Below, one piece after another: positions 47,784 through 58,184 of a stretch of 64,000 nt of DNA. The position numbers and the translations under genes were made by a program. The DNA comes from Halobacteriales archaeon (GTDB lineage Archaea > Halobacteriota > Halobacteria > Halobacteriales > Hikarchaeaceae). The DNA lies in contig JAKURE010000001.1 in NCBI GenBank assembly GCA_022450005.1, positions 24,220 to 88,219 of the forward strand. The letters run 5' to 3'. Under the pieces are notes generated by a model that was not told the DNA's origin, ran no database searches, and saw nothing but the letters and a program-made list of their open reading frames with translations. Positions within the stretch are counted from its first letter, which is position 1; the number at the start of each line of letters is the position of its first letter.

Positions 47784-48867
47784 CTTCCGTTTTTACTACT
47801 TTTACTTCTTCCCAATCCGAATCAACAAACATTGGGCGGGCTATTGTTATCGGACGATATGATTCTGGATCTAATATCTGCATTGAATACGTATCATCTA
47901 TAGATACGACAGAAGTTTTCCCCACCTTAGAAATATGCTTCAATTTATTGAATTTCTCATCTTCCACCGACCCCTTATATGATTCACCCGAGGCGAGCCG
48001 AATGCCTTTTAAAACACTCCCCGTACTTCTAATTAAAATTGGCCCATTTCCATCTCTTATGTCTATCACGTCTCCAATAATTATTGCTGGAAGGCGCACC
48101 AAATATGAAATTCTATATACTCTATTCCCATCCCGATCTTCTGTCACTAATGTCTCCGAAGTCGATATTGAACCTCCCAATTCTTCTACAATAGATTTCG
48201 ATATTTTCTGCCCGAGCTTACTAGTAGATATCCGTATATCTATGCCCTCTTTTTTTTCTACTATTTTTGAGATAAAATCATTCCTGTCACCTAGTAATGT
48301 CCTTCGATTCACCACGTCATTAGCAATTTCAATAGAACGATTTTTCTCTACACCCGTCGGTTTCCTCGTTGACGCTCGAATTTGTATTTCTCCAGCATAA
48401 TAGCCACCCGATTTCTTTCTACACACATCACAAATTTCGCGTACTATCTGAACTTCGACCATTCTATTTTCTATTATCTTTTTTCCTTTTATATTTCCTT
48501 CAAATTCACATTTGATATTCATTACCTTGGTATCAATATTTTCCAGAGTAAATCCCCAACTCATCTCTTTCACATCATCATGGATTTTTAGTCCCTCTTC
48601 TATCAATTCCAATATCACTTTCTCTTCCAAACCTTCTTTTTTATCTATCCATTTACTTTTCCTACAGATAGCTTCGCAAACCGAACAGATTTGAATACTT
48701 CCCTTTTCCTTCACTTCTACTAGTTCAAATCGATCAAAATAACACTGATCACACAACATATTTTCTCTAACTCTCTCCCATCCATCTGGTCCCCCCTGAG
48801 TAGTTCTTCCCTGCCCCCGCTCAACAGCGGTCCCACAGTTTGGACAAAACAACCCAAATTCACTCAT
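47755..48867 (-). CDS. nmd3: NMD3-family large-subunit biogenesis/export-like protein
   Basis: N-terminal Cys pairs (FCPNCG...LCDQCYF...CSVCEAICRK) followed by the NMD3 body. The longest-ORF start (48933) is a TTG, so ATG 48867 is used. Confidence 0.8.
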   Translation of the reverse strand: MSEFGLFCPNCGTAVERGQGRTTQGGPDGWERVRENMLCDQCYFDRFELVEVKEKGSIQICSVCEAICRKSKWIDKKEGLEEKVILELIEEGLKIHDDVKEMSWGFTLENIDTKVMNIKCEFEGNIKGKKIIENRMVEVQIVREICDVCRKKSGGYYAGEIQIRASTRKPTGVEKNRSIEIANDVVNRRTLLGDRNDFISKIVEKKEGIDIRISTSKLGQKISKSIVEELGGSISTSETLVTEDRDGNRVYRISYLVRLPAIIIGDVIDIRDGNGPILIRSTGSVLKGIRLASGESYKGSVEDEKFNKLKHISKVGKTSVVSIDDTYSMQILDPESYRPITIARPMFVDSDWEEVKVVKTEDGVYVLPNE

Positions 48868-49042
48868 TATTTGTATATCATAACTGGGACAAGTTAATCT
48901 TGTAGCTCTACTCTTCAAAATATATTTTTCCAATCCGGTACATTTTTAATTATCCCTCCACGTACCGAACCACAAGGTAAGTTCCACAACCTATTCTTCC
49001 AATCCGACGAAATGGAAAAAAGACCCCGGTCTGCAATTCCGT

Positions 49043-49879
49043 ATGATCTTAACCACGTTCTTATTATTCGCACTCTATGTCTTCTTCATCGCAGCAATCA
49101 CCTCATATTTTGATGTGGGGCTCATTTCAATGGCCGCGATATTTGGACTTTTTTCATTAGCCCAATGGTATTTTTCTGACACATTGGCTTTACGTTCTAT
49201 GAGGGCACGTATAGTTGATCAAACCGAATATCCCGATCTCCACGCCTCTGTAACACGCCTCGCCTGGCAAGCCGGTCTCCCCACTCCAAAAATAGCAGTA
49301 ACATCTACTCAAATGCCAAATGCATTTGCAACTGGCAGATCTAAGAATCACGCCGCTGTCTGCGTTACAGAAGGTCTCCTTAACTTATTAAACGAAGATG
49401 AGTTGGAGGGTGTTATTGCACATGAACTTGCGCATATTAAAAATAGAGATGTCACCACTATGACAATTGCATCTTTCTTATCCACCATCGCATTTTTCAT
49501 CGTCCGTTGGGGGTTCTTCTTTGGCCGTGGGAGAAACAACCGAGCTGCCGCCCCTGTCTGGGCCGCGGTAGTCATTTCTTTGGCCGTTTGGATTATTTCC
49601 TATTTGTTAATAAGAGCACTCTCTCGATACCGCGAGTTCGCCGCCGATAGAGGTGCAGCAGAAATAACTCAAAACCCCGCCGCACTAGCTTCTGCACTTC
49701 GAAAAATTTCTACTGGAATTTCAATGATTCCCCCTGAAGGAGAATTAACATCACAATCCGAAATGAATGCGTTCTTTATAATTCCAATTAAGGTAGGATT
49801 CATTGGTAAACTCTTCTCAACCCATCCACCTATGGAAAAACGAATCGAACGTCTCAACGAACTCCAATATAATTTCTAA
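49043..49879 (+). CDS. htpX: HtpX-type M48 zinc metalloprotease
   Basis: HELAHIKNRD zinc motif, flanking TM helices, and C-terminal STHPPMEKRIERL. Confidence 0.9.
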   Translation: MILTTFLLFALYVFFIAAITSYFDVGLISMAAIFGLFSLAQWYFSDTLALRSMRARIVDQTEYPDLHASVTRLAWQAGLPTPKIAVTSTQMPNAFATGRSKNHAAVCVTEGLLNLLNEDELEGVIAHELAHIKNRDVTTMTIASFLSTIAFFIVRWGFFFGRGRNNRAAAPVWAAVVISLAVWIISYLLIRALSRYREFAADRGAAEITQNPAALASALRKISTGISMIPPEGELTSQSEMNAFFIIPIKVGFIGKLFSTHPPMEKRIERLNELQYNF

Positions 49880-49886
49880 AATCTAA

Positions 49887-50105
49887 TCACTCTTTTTGCA
49901 GCGAGATTTGATATGTTTGAATTGCAACTCCTGCTAGGGCAAGTAGTCCCCCTCCCCAAATTAGTTCTTTTTGCTGGATATATTCTCCATATAATAACAA
50001 TACCAATCCAATAACTATGATTCCTAGCGATGCCCCAAACACGATTGAACTTTTAACCATACTCAAATTCATGCTGCCAGCGATATAAAATTCATTATCC
50101 ATCAT
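49887..50105 (-). CDS. Possible small two-TM membrane protein
   Basis: 72-aa ORF with two clear hydrophobic helices. No family assigned. Confidence 0.4.
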   Translation of the reverse strand: MMDNEFYIAGSMNLSMVKSSIVFGASLGIIVIGLVLLLYGEYIQQKELIWGGGLLALAGVAIQTYQISLQKE

Positions 50106-50229
50106 TTGATAAATAAAATAAAAATTTGATAGTTAATTTTCTATTTAGATCCCCTAAAATCATCATATAGGGTGACTTTATACTTTTATTCAGTTTACAT
50201 TTACACTTTCACTACGCTGTATACGGAGG

Positions 50230-50236
50230 TTTATAT
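50230..50236 (+). promoter_or_regulatory. TATA box of radA
   Basis: TTTATAT, followed by 26 nt and then ATG 50263, with no SD-like motif. Confidence 0.45.
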
Positions 50237-50262
50237 CCTCCCTACTCTAACACCAATTCGTT

Positions 50263-51333
50263 ATGGAACCAAGTATCCCTGAACAAGAAGAAACTCCCAA
50301 GAAACCTGAGACCTCTTTGGAAGATTTACCCGGCGTTGGACCTGCAACCGCAGAGAAACTCCGAGACAGTGGCTTCGATTCTTATCAAGCCATAGCAGTT
50401 GCAAGCCCCATGGAGCTATCTAGTACTGCAGATATAGGGGAAAGTACTGCATCAGACATTATACAAGCCGCTAGGGAAAACTCTGATATTGGCGGATTTG
50501 AAACAGCAACAGAAGTCAAAAAAAGAAGAGATCTAATTGGAAAACTCACCTGGGGTGTCTCTGAGATAGACGACTTGTTGGGCGGTGGCGTTGAGACTCA
50601 ATCTATAACCGAAGTATATGGTCAATTTGGATCTGGAAAATCTCAAGTTACTCACCAGCTCTCTGTAAATGTTCAACTCCCAAGAGAACTAGGGGGACTC
50701 GAAGGATCTGCCATTTTTATTGACACCGAAGATACCTTCCGTCCAGAAAGAATCGATGACATGGTTCGTGGTCTTGATAGTGATACCCAAGCAGCAACAA
50801 TGCGTTTACATGGGATTGATGGATCTCCAGAAGACGATTTTGCTATCGAAGCTCTGATCGAAGCTGTACTTGAGAATATCCACGTTGCTAAGGCTTTTAA
50901 TTCAAACCATCAAATGCTACTTGCACAAAAAGCGAAGGAGCTCGTTGGTCAATCTTCGGATTCCAAATTCCCCATTCGACTCGTTTGCGTCGATTCCCTC
51001 ACCGCCCATTTCCGCGCGGAATATGTTGGTAGGGGGACTTTGGCTTCCCGTCAACAAAAACTTAATAAACATCTTCATGATTTAATGCGAATAAACGACC
51101 TGTATAATGTTGCCACTCTCGTAACGAATCAAGTTTCTTCCAATCCCGATTCTTTCTTTGGAGATCCCACCCGTCCAATAGGTGGAAACATCCTTGGACA
51201 CACCTCCACTTTCAGATTATACCTCCGAAAATCAAAAGGAACTAAACGGGTAGTCCGTTTAGTTGATGCCCCCAATCTAGCAGATGGGGAGGCAATCATG
51301 CTTGTTGAAGGTGGCGGACTTAAATCAGAATAA
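50263..51333 (+). CDS. radA: DNA repair and recombination protein RadA
   Basis: N-terminal HhH domain ([15 protein letters not shown]) and a RecA core with Walker [10 protein letters not shown]. No intein. Confidence 0.95.
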   Translation: MEPSIPEQEETPKKPETSLEDLPGVGPATAEKLRDSGFDSYQAIAVASPMELSSTADIGESTASDIIQAARENSDIGGFETATEVKKRRDLIGKLTWGVSEIDDLLGGGVETQSITEVYGQFGSGKSQVTHQLSVNVQLPRELGGLEGSAIFIDTEDTFRPERIDDMVRGLDSDTQAATMRLHGIDGSPEDDFAIEALIEAVLENIHVAKAFNSNHQMLLAQKAKELVGQSSDSKFPIRLVCVDSLTAHFRAEYVGRGTLASRQQKLNKHLHDLMRINDLYNVATLVTNQVSSNPDSFFGDPTRPIGGNILGHTSTFRLYLRKSKGTKRVVRLVDAPNLADGEAIMLVEGGGLKSE

Positions 51334-51369
51334 CCTGATGTCTTTGAGCTATTCGATATAACTTTTATC

Positions 51370-51780
51370 TTATTGTAGATTAGAGAATTGTTCTTGGGCC
51401 TGTTGGCCTAATTTTACACCCTGGTCCTTCAATTCTTCAATAGCTTTTGAAACATTTTCCATTCGAGATGTTACTGTTTGGGACCTTTCAGTAAGAAGTA
51501 TTTTCGCTTGCTCTTTGTTTTGGCCTTGAGAATAATTGCCACCTATTCCTACAATGAATTCATCATCATTTACCACCGAAGCACGAACATAAGTTTCACT
51601 ACCAAGGGGAACCTGGATGGTGGTTTCCGTAGAAATAGATTCCATCGACAGTATTGCCATCTCTACATCTTCCTTTATCATCTGTAAGTTTTGCAGTTCA
51701 CCATGGAGTACCTCCAATCTACTTTCTATTTCCATCATCATCTGGGACAATGCTTGGAGTTCAGGGTCAGCTTGACTCAT
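51370..51780 (-). CDS. pfdA: Prefoldin alpha subunit
   Basis: Coiled coil, beta hairpins (VPLGSETYVRASV...FIVGIGGNY), then coiled coil. Start at ATG 51780 (the longer ORF start is a TTG). It overlaps the rplX stop by 14 nt. Confidence 0.85.
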   Translation of the reverse strand: MSQADPELQALSQMMMEIESRLEVLHGELQNLQMIKEDVEMAILSMESISTETTIQVPLGSETYVRASVVNDDEFIVGIGGNYSQGQNKEQAKILLTERSQTVTSRMENVSKAIEELKDQGVKLGQQAQEQFSNLQ

Positions 51781-51952
51781 CAGATGAGACCTCTTCAACT
51801 ATAATCTGATTCCGTTTTAAGTGGTGTTTACTACCAAAATTAGCATAACAATGCTCGACAGCAAGATCGGAGTTTTGGGCATCTATCTCCACTTTAAACG
51901 GAGCCCATTGAGTCCCTGATCGAAACCGTCCTTGAATTGAGAACATAGGCAT
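51767..51952 (-). CDS. rplX: 50S ribosomal protein LX (L18Ae/eL20 family)
   Basis: MPMFSIQGRFRSGTQWAPFKVEIDAQNSDLAVEHCYANFGSKHHLKRNQIIVEEV matches the archaeal LX pattern (GSKH..KR..I.I). The start is trimmed so it follows the upstream stop at 51994. Confidence 0.8.
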   Translation of the reverse strand: MPMFSIQGRFRSGTQWAPFKVEIDAQNSDLAVEHCYANFGSKHHLKRNQIIVEEVSSDESS

Positions 51953-51993
51953 ACACTCCAATGAGATACCCCATAGGAAGAACTTTACTAATT

Positions 51994-53037
51994 TCATTCG
52001 TTTGAAATTATCTTGATGGATTCTTCCGGAAAACACACTCTCACTGGAATTCCATCTTCCAAATTTACAATCTCATTCCCATTTAGAGATACATATGCCC
52101 GAATTTGATCTCTTACACCTTCTATGTTCAATTCCACCGCATATCTATGTCCTTTAAATATTTTTTCAATAACCTCTCCTTTTACCCAATTTTTACCCTC
52201 CCCCTGTTTCCTCAAAACGATATCCTCTGGGCGTATGCATACTTGCACTTCTCTGCCACTTTTCAATCCATCTACCTGGGTTTCTAGTTTGTAGTCTCCC
52301 CACTCAACTATGTGCCCCCTCTTTCCATTTTGTCCCACTACCATCTTTATGATATTTGATTCCCCTGTTATCTCTGCAGCAACCACTGTTTTAGGATTTT
52401 TAAATACACTTTTTGGTGTCCCGATTTGGCAGATTTTTCCGCCTGACATAATTGCAATTCTATCTCCCATTTCCCACGCAATATCCCTATCATGAGTCAC
52501 ATATATCACCGGTATTCCAATCCGTTTCAGTATTTTCCGTAGATCCGTGCTCAACTTCTTTCTAACCGGATAGTCCAGACTGCTTAGTGGTTCGTCCAAC
52601 AACAATATCTTTGGCTTAGAGGCCATCGCTCGTGCCAACTCAACTCGATTTTTTTCTCCCCCTGATAATGTATCAGTAGACCGATCTAGTATTTTCTCAA
52701 TTCCGAAAATATCAATAACCTTCGAAATATTTTCCCCTTCCACATTCGCATACATGATATTTTCCCTAACTGTCATATGCGGAAACAAAGTATCATCTTG
52801 AAATACAATAGCAGTACTTCTATTTTCTATTGGCTCTTCTGATATGTCAATTTCTCCCATTAAAATTTCTCCACCATCCCTCTGCAAAACCCCTGCAATT
52901 ACATTCAATAATGTGGTCTTCCCCGAACCAGAAGGCCCCAAAATCACCAAAATTTCATTTCCCACCTTCAACTCCATTGGCCCCAGTGTAAAATCCCCAA
53001 TAGATTTGACTATTGATTTAATACGGAGCACGGCCAC
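51994..53037 (-). CDS. wtpC: Tungstate/molybdate ABC transporter ATP-binding protein
   Basis: Walker A GPSGSGKTT, signature LSGGEKNRV, Walker B LLLDEP, and a C-terminal TOBE-like domain. Operon context with wtpAB. Confidence 0.85.
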   Translation of the reverse strand: MAVLRIKSIVKSIGDFTLGPMELKVGNEILVILGPSGSGKTTLLNVIAGVLQRDGGEILMGEIDISEEPIENRSTAIVFQDDTLFPHMTVRENIMYANVEGENISKVIDIFGIEKILDRSTDTLSGGEKNRVELARAMASKPKILLLDEPLSSLDYPVRKKLSTDLRKILKRIGIPVIYVTHDRDIAWEMGDRIAIMSGGKICQIGTPKSVFKNPKTVVAAEITGESNIIKMVVGQNGKRGHIVEWGDYKLETQVDGLKSGREVQVCIRPEDIVLRKQGEGKNWVKGEVIEKIFKGHRYAVELNIEGVRDQIRAYVSLNGNEIVNLEDGIPVRVCFPEESIKIISNE

Positions 53038-53803
53038 CTCTGACTTCTTGCCCTAATAAGCTGATTAATAAAATTACAACCACGGAACTTCCTAACAACA
53101 CTATTGCCATTGGGAATGCCTTTTCAATCCCTCCTGTAATGAATGAAACCCATATCTGTGTTGGCATAGTCCTTGGATAATATGCCATCATTATAGTTGC
53201 ACCAAACTCCCCCATTGCCCTAGCGAAAGCGAGCATCATTCCTGCAATTATCCCTCTCATCGATAGTGGCAATGTAATCTTCCAGAAAGTCTCAATTTTT
53301 GTTCTCCCCAGGGCCCTTGAGGCATATTCGAGTCTTTCGTTAACCGCGTCGAATCCCACTTTCGCCGCAATCACAACGAATGGAGATACAACAAATACTT
53401 GCGCAAGTATTATTCCTACCAGTGATTGGGTCAATGACACACCCGAAACCATGGCCAAAGAACCCAAAATGGATCCCGGTCCGAATAATGTAAGCAATAC
53501 CATCCCGCTAACGATCGGGGGCAACACCAATGGTAAAAATACTATGAATAAAACAATATTTTTCCACCTGAATTCCGTCCGCGAAAGAAAATATGCGAGC
53601 GGAATCCCCAACACACACGAAATCAACACACTACCTATCGAAGTACCCACAGATGTAATCATCGCAGAGATCACCTCTTCACTTATGATACTTGGAACTA
53701 TGGTGCCATCAGCTTTCCAAAACAACAATGAAACGACAGGGGCGATGTAGTATATCATGAGAATTCCTCCCAAAATTCCTATGGTAGATGTTTTACTTTT
53801 CAT
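53018..53803 (-). CDS. wtpB: Tungstate/molybdate ABC transporter permease
   Basis: Six-TM permease with an EAA loop (YASRALGRTKIETFWKITLP). It overlaps both neighbours. Confidence 0.85.
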   Translation of the reverse strand: MKSKTSTIGILGGILMIYYIAPVVSLLFWKADGTIVPSIISEEVISAMITSVGTSIGSVLISCVLGIPLAYFLSRTEFRWKNIVLFIVFLPLVLPPIVSGMVLLTLFGPGSILGSLAMVSGVSLTQSLVGIILAQVFVVSPFVVIAAKVGFDAVNERLEYASRALGRTKIETFWKITLPLSMRGIIAGMMLAFARAMGEFGATIMMAYYPRTMPTQIWVSFITGGIEKAFPMAIVLLGSSVVVILLISLLGQEVRGGRAPY

Positions 53804-54741
53804 CTATGCAATACCCCTTCAATTCTATCTGGAACATCTCCAACAATCTTCGGATATGCTTCTGGAATATAAAATCCAAACTCCTGGAGATAATTTCCCT
53901 TAATATGTTCTTCAAAAACATTCACAATAGCTGCATCAAAATTCTCCGACCAAATAGTCGAACCATATTTTATCACATCTCCTCGAACAATCTCTCCACT
54001 CTTCAATTTATATCCGACCTTGGAATACCAATCATTCACTTTCTCTGGAGAACTTAGATTTATTTCTAGGGGCAGCTCAATGTAGTCATATCCCCGTTCA
54101 ACAGCCATATTCTTATACACAATAGCTGCGTCAATCCCACCTATTTCAAAATAACTCATCAGTTCAATTTCTGGAAAAACCCAACTCTTGGATAGGATTT
54201 CTTTTTTAAGATTTATCTTCTCATAATACAACTCCGCTAGTTCCAATAGGAATAGTGCTCTGTATCCTAATGGATCTAAATCAGGATCTGTTCTCCCTAT
54301 TTTTATGTTATTTCTTAATATTGGTTCATACCACTTTTCCTCTCCCCCTTTCGCAACTAATTTTCCACCGTCTGTATTTTTATTGTATGCAACAACCATT
54401 TGATTTGCAGCGAATTCAACATGCCATTTAGGTTCTATCAATCTTTCAAACAATATGGGATCTGACACTGAGATCACGTCTGGATTTTTCAATCCATCTT
54501 TAACCAATTGAGCAATGGCCACCGAACCATGGGCTTCAACCCTCAGTGGAATCTCAATCTTATTTTTCATACCCCTTTCTATTGCTGTCAGAAGGCTCCC
54601 CGCAACTAGTAAATAGACCGGATTCCTATTTGTCCTCCCCTCACCATTTAAATCATCCCCATTCTGTTTTAAGCATCCTCCTAACTGTAAAATGGACCAC
54701 ATGGATGGTAAAATCACCAACTCTCTACGTGTTATTCTCAT
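53800..54741 (-). CDS. wtpA: Tungstate/molybdate-binding lipoprotein WtpA
   Basis: Twin-arginine signal (TRRELV) plus lipobox (LGGC). The body is close to WtpA as I remember it (DPLGYRALFLLELAELYY, IELPLEINLSSP). Confidence 0.8.
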   Translation of the reverse strand: MRITRRELVILPSMWSILQLGGCLKQNGDDLNGEGRTNRNPVYLLVAGSLLTAIERGMKNKIEIPLRVEAHGSVAIAQLVKDGLKNPDVISVSDPILFERLIEPKWHVEFAANQMVVAYNKNTDGGKLVAKGGEEKWYEPILRNNIKIGRTDPDLDPLGYRALFLLELAELYYEKINLKKEILSKSWVFPEIELMSYFEIGGIDAAIVYKNMAVERGYDYIELPLEINLSSPEKVNDWYSKVGYKLKSGEIVRGDVIKYGSTIWSENFDAAIVNVFEEHIKGNYLQEFGFYIPEAYPKIVGDVPDRIEGVLHR

Positions 54742-54847
54742 TCCTCTTACCTCTTTTTGCCAATCATTATGTCCCTCTTGACATAACAGTTACCATTATG
54801 CCCAATTCGACATAACCACTTTTATATCTCTGCCCCTTACGCAGTTC

Positions 54848-55534
54848 ATGCAGAATGAATTCGATCTCCATTTTCGAATTGGTTCTGTCTCTTTCAATTC
54901 AAAAGATGCCCTCCTTTTACAAGCTGTAGCAAAACATGGGTCTCTAAATTCTGCCGCTTCTTCTCTCGGGAGGTCCTATTCTCGAGCACACAAACGTATT
55001 CAGGAATTAGAAAAGCATTCTGGACCTTTATTAACCCGAACACGTGGTGGTCCTGGAGGGGGCGGAAGCTCTTTGACCAAAAATGCTTATGCATTATTAG
55101 ATCGATTCTCCCGATTAGAAGTAACTTTCACTGACATTCTCGGTACCGAAGAAATAGTATTGCAAGGACAAGTCTTGTCTAGAGATGGTGAACTCGCAAC
55201 AATACTCACTTCTGCAGGGCCAATTAGGGCTCTTCTTTTCACAGACGCAGAATATGTACAGGTATCTTTGAGATCTGATTCTATCACACTTCACTCTCCT
55301 CCTTTCACTTCTTCTTCCATAGTAACTAGTGCACTAAACCGATTCGTTGGGGTCATCACGTCAATCAACTCTCATGAAGCAATCGCAGAAGTTACTTTTG
55401 ATGTAGGGTCTGATATCACAATGACAGCTTTAGTTTCTATAGAAAGCCTCCAACAATTAAATTTCGAATTTGGCTCACCTGTAGTGGCTACATTCAAAGC
55501 AACATCCACACGAGCAGTGCCCTTCCAGTCTTGA
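54848..55534 (+). CDS. modE: ModE-like regulator (LysR-type HTH plus TOBE/Mop domain)
   Basis: HTH segment LLQAVAKHGSLNSAASSLGRSYSRAHKRIQELE and a C-terminal Mop/TOBE-like beta domain (RFVGVITSINSHEAIAEVTFDVG). Divergent from wtpA. Confidence 0.7.
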   Translation: MQNEFDLHFRIGSVSFNSKDALLLQAVAKHGSLNSAASSLGRSYSRAHKRIQELEKHSGPLLTRTRGGPGGGGSSLTKNAYALLDRFSRLEVTFTDILGTEEIVLQGQVLSRDGELATILTSAGPIRALLFTDAEYVQVSLRSDSITLHSPPFTSSSIVTSALNRFVGVITSINSHEAIAEVTFDVGSDITMTALVSIESLQQLNFEFGSPVVATFKATSTRAVPFQS

Positions 55535-55539
55535 TGTGG

Positions 55540-56796
55540 CTATTCGAATATTTTCTTGATTTCTTCAATACCTGCCATTAGTTTGTCAACTTCTTCCATC
55601 GTATTGTATAGGTAATAAGAAGCTCTAACGGTTCCTGAAATGCCCAACTTTCGGTGGAGTGGATGAGTACAATGTTCCCCCGCCCGAGTAGCAATGCCAT
55701 AGTCATCAAGGATGGATGCAATATCATGTGCGTGGGGAACTTCTAAATTAAATGATACCAATCCTCCCCTCTCCTCGCCAATAGGGGGGCCATATATTTC
55801 TGCTCCTTTGAATTCCAAAAGAGATTCCATTGTATATTCTGCTAGTTCATTGTCATGGCGCCAAATTTTATCGAGACCAATTTTTTCTAAATAATCTGCG
55901 GCCCGAGCAAGAGCAATCCCTTGACAAATTGGTGGGGTCCCCGCTTCAAATTTCCATGGAAGGTCATTCCACGAAGACGAATCAAACGTGACTTTCCGAA
56001 TCATTTCGCCACCATACATAAATGGTTCCATCACATCTAGTATTTCTTCTTTCCCATAAAGACAACCAATCCCCGTTGGTCCTGCCATTTTATGGCCCGA
56101 AAAAGCATAAAAATCAACATCCAATTCCTTAACATCAATTGGCATACTAGGTGCTGCCTGGGCACCATCGGCTAGTACCAATCCCCCATTTTCATGTGTC
56201 ATTTTTGATAGTTCTTTCACCGGATTCACCGTTCCAAGAACATTAGATACGTGAACTAATGACATCATCCTGACATCTTTGTCAATTATCTCTTTTGCAT
56301 GTTCCATATCTAGTCTCCCCGAATCATCAATTTTGATATATTTCACGGTAGCTCCCGTTCTCTTCCCAATCTGTTGCCACGTTACTAGAGATGCATGGTG
56401 TTCCATTTCTGTCAGTATTATTACATCACCCTTCTCAAGTTCTCTTAATCCCCATGATTGAGCCACTAAGTTAATAGATTCAGTAGTACTTTTTGTAAAA
56501 ATCATTTCCTCACGGTCAGACCCTCCTACAAAATCGACCATTTTATCATGAGCTTCTTCATATGCATCAGTCGCATCCATGCTCAATTTGTGCGTGCCCC
56601 TGTGTATGTTGGAATTAATTTTCTTGTAGTATTCTTCTATGCATTCACATACTATATTCGGTGTGTGTGAAGTTGCAGCACTATCAAGGTATACTAGTGG
56701 AACTCCCTCTCTAACTTCCACATCTAGTATTGGAAAATCCCTCCTTATTTTTTCTGTATCTAGTATATTTGACCCTGACATATCTCGTATTGGCAA
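55540..56796 (-). CDS. sufS: Cysteine desulfurase SufS (class V aminotransferase, group II)
   Basis: PLP-lysine SGHKMAGPTGIG and the active-site loop TRAGEHCTHPL. Confidence 0.9.
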   Translation of the reverse strand: MPIRDMSGSNILDTEKIRRDFPILDVEVREGVPLVYLDSAATSHTPNIVCECIEEYYKKINSNIHRGTHKLSMDATDAYEEAHDKMVDFVGGSDREEMIFTKSTTESINLVAQSWGLRELEKGDVIILTEMEHHASLVTWQQIGKRTGATVKYIKIDDSGRLDMEHAKEIIDKDVRMMSLVHVSNVLGTVNPVKELSKMTHENGGLVLADGAQAAPSMPIDVKELDVDFYAFSGHKMAGPTGIGCLYGKEEILDVMEPFMYGGEMIRKVTFDSSSWNDLPWKFEAGTPPICQGIALARAADYLEKIGLDKIWRHDNELAEYTMESLLEFKGAEIYGPPIGEERGGLVSFNLEVPHAHDIASILDDYGIATRAGEHCTHPLHRKLGISGTVRASYYLYNTMEEVDKLMAGIEEIKKIFE

Positions 56797-56854
56797 TTTA
56801 ACCCGAAGCGATAATTAACCTTCGGTCCTGACTATATTTTACCTATAGTTATTT

Positions 56855-57160
56855 TCATAAACGCACAAATTGCGCGTGCTGAACTTCCCCAACTTTCAGA
56901 ACGTGATCTTCGCTAATTATTCCCATTTCCATCGCTACTCTGACCGATTCCTTCCCCATAATATTTGCTATGCTAGCGTTTTTTAAACTTCCTTTGATAG
57001 TTTCTTCTTCAGCCTCTTCCCCCAAATAAAACGATTCTGTAACTGTCAATGAAATTTTACCTTCTTTGAAAGTTTTCCCTATTATATCCCCATCACACAA
57101 CGAAACCAACAATCCTTGATCTGTCATTCTCTCTTTCAGAATCATTTTTTTGTCTTTCAT
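56855..57160 (-). CDS. DUF424-family protein
   Basis: About 100 aa with the pattern GLLVSLCDGDIIGKTFKEGKISLTV...FYLGE...IMGKESV, typical of archaeal DUF424. Confidence 0.6.
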   Translation of the reverse strand: MKDKKMILKERMTDQGLLVSLCDGDIIGKTFKEGKISLTVTESFYLGEEAEEETIKGSLKNASIANIMGKESVRVAMEMGIISEDHVLKVGEVQHAQFVRL

Positions 57161-57161
57161 C

Positions 57162-57872
57162 CTATATCTCCATCAATTCAATCACTTCGCTAATCTTTTG
57201 TCCCTCTTCATAATCTCCAAGGGCATCACACGAACGAAGTTTTTCTTGGAGTACATTTATACTACGATACCCTAGTCCAATTGCATTATCTAAACAATAT
57301 AACGCTTGATCAAAAAGTCCCCTCTCGTTCAAGAAAAATCCCTTATTGTACCACGCTTCTGCAAATCTATCATCCACTTCAATAGCCCTTTCAACGTGCT
57401 CTAGTGCCTCTTCATCCTTCCCAAATTCCCACAATGCAAACGCAAGATTATTTTCTGCAGTCGCGATGTGTTTCCCCTTTTCATCAGTTATTATCGCCTC
57501 TCTAAATGATCCTATGGCTTCATCCCATTCTTCTAACCTTGAGTGTGCAACACCCTTGTTCACCCATGCCTCTTGAAGAACTTCGTTATCTTCTGTAAAC
57601 CAAATAATACGTGAAAATGAATCAATTGCTTGTTCAAATCGCTCTATCATCATGTATGATAATCCAATTTCCATCAAATCATCCACTTCGACTAGATCTT
57701 TCGGTATGGTGGATTCATCTAGCAGGTCTGGCAATACATGAGAATCAACTGGATCCACATATCTAGGATCTATGTCTACTGTCAAGACTCTAGGATCTAA
57801 ATCAAACCCCTCATATGGGTTCTCATTTCCACGTTCTTCTTTCCAACTTTTGTCTTCTTCTTGTCCGACCAT
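57162..57872 (-). CDS. Tetratricopeptide-repeat protein
   Basis: Several 34-aa TPR-like repeats (AWVNKGVAHSRLEEWDEAIGSFREAI, AWYNKGFFLNERGLFDQALYCLDNAI). Confidence 0.7.
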   Translation of the reverse strand: MVGQEEDKSWKEERGNENPYEGFDLDPRVLTVDIDPRYVDPVDSHVLPDLLDESTIPKDLVEVDDLMEIGLSYMMIERFEQAIDSFSRIIWFTEDNEVLQEAWVNKGVAHSRLEEWDEAIGSFREAIITDEKGKHIATAENNLAFALWEFGKDEEALEHVERAIEVDDRFAEAWYNKGFFLNERGLFDQALYCLDNAIGLGYRSINVLQEKLRSCDALGDYEEGQKISEVIELMEI

Positions 57873-58031
57873 ATTTATACTATGTTTGGCCCCAAGTTAA
57901 GCCCTACGACCTCCATTTTCACTATACTCCTCTTCTCTACGAACCCCTCCTCCATAATTTGACTTGAACAATTCCTCATAAAACAGAAAGGATAGCGTTT
58001 TAATAGACTAAGCAATAGATACACCCCATCC

Positions 58032-58184
58032 ATGGTCAAGAAATCTAAAGCTAAGAAAAAAAGGTTAGCCAAGCTTGACCGTCAGAATAGTCGAGTTCCT
58101 GTTTGGGTTATCTTAAAAACTAATCGAGGAACCATCCAAAATACAAAACGACGCCATTGGCGCCTTAGTAATACAGACGAATGA
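58032..58184 (+). CDS. rpl39e: 50S ribosomal protein L39e (eL39)
   Basis: Not in the ORF track (50 aa). My translation is [50 protein letters not shown], very close to haloarchaeal eL39 as I recall it. The stop overlaps the rpl31e start (ATGA). Confidence 0.9.
   Translation: MVKKSKAKKKRLAKLDRQNSRVPVWVILKTNRGTIQNTKRRHWRLSNTDE

Noticed and set aside
57875-58072. 65-aa minus-strand ORF in the TPR/rpl39e spacer.
   Set aside because: It overlaps the rpl39e start and promoter. The plus-strand eL39 reading frame is clearly the real gene.
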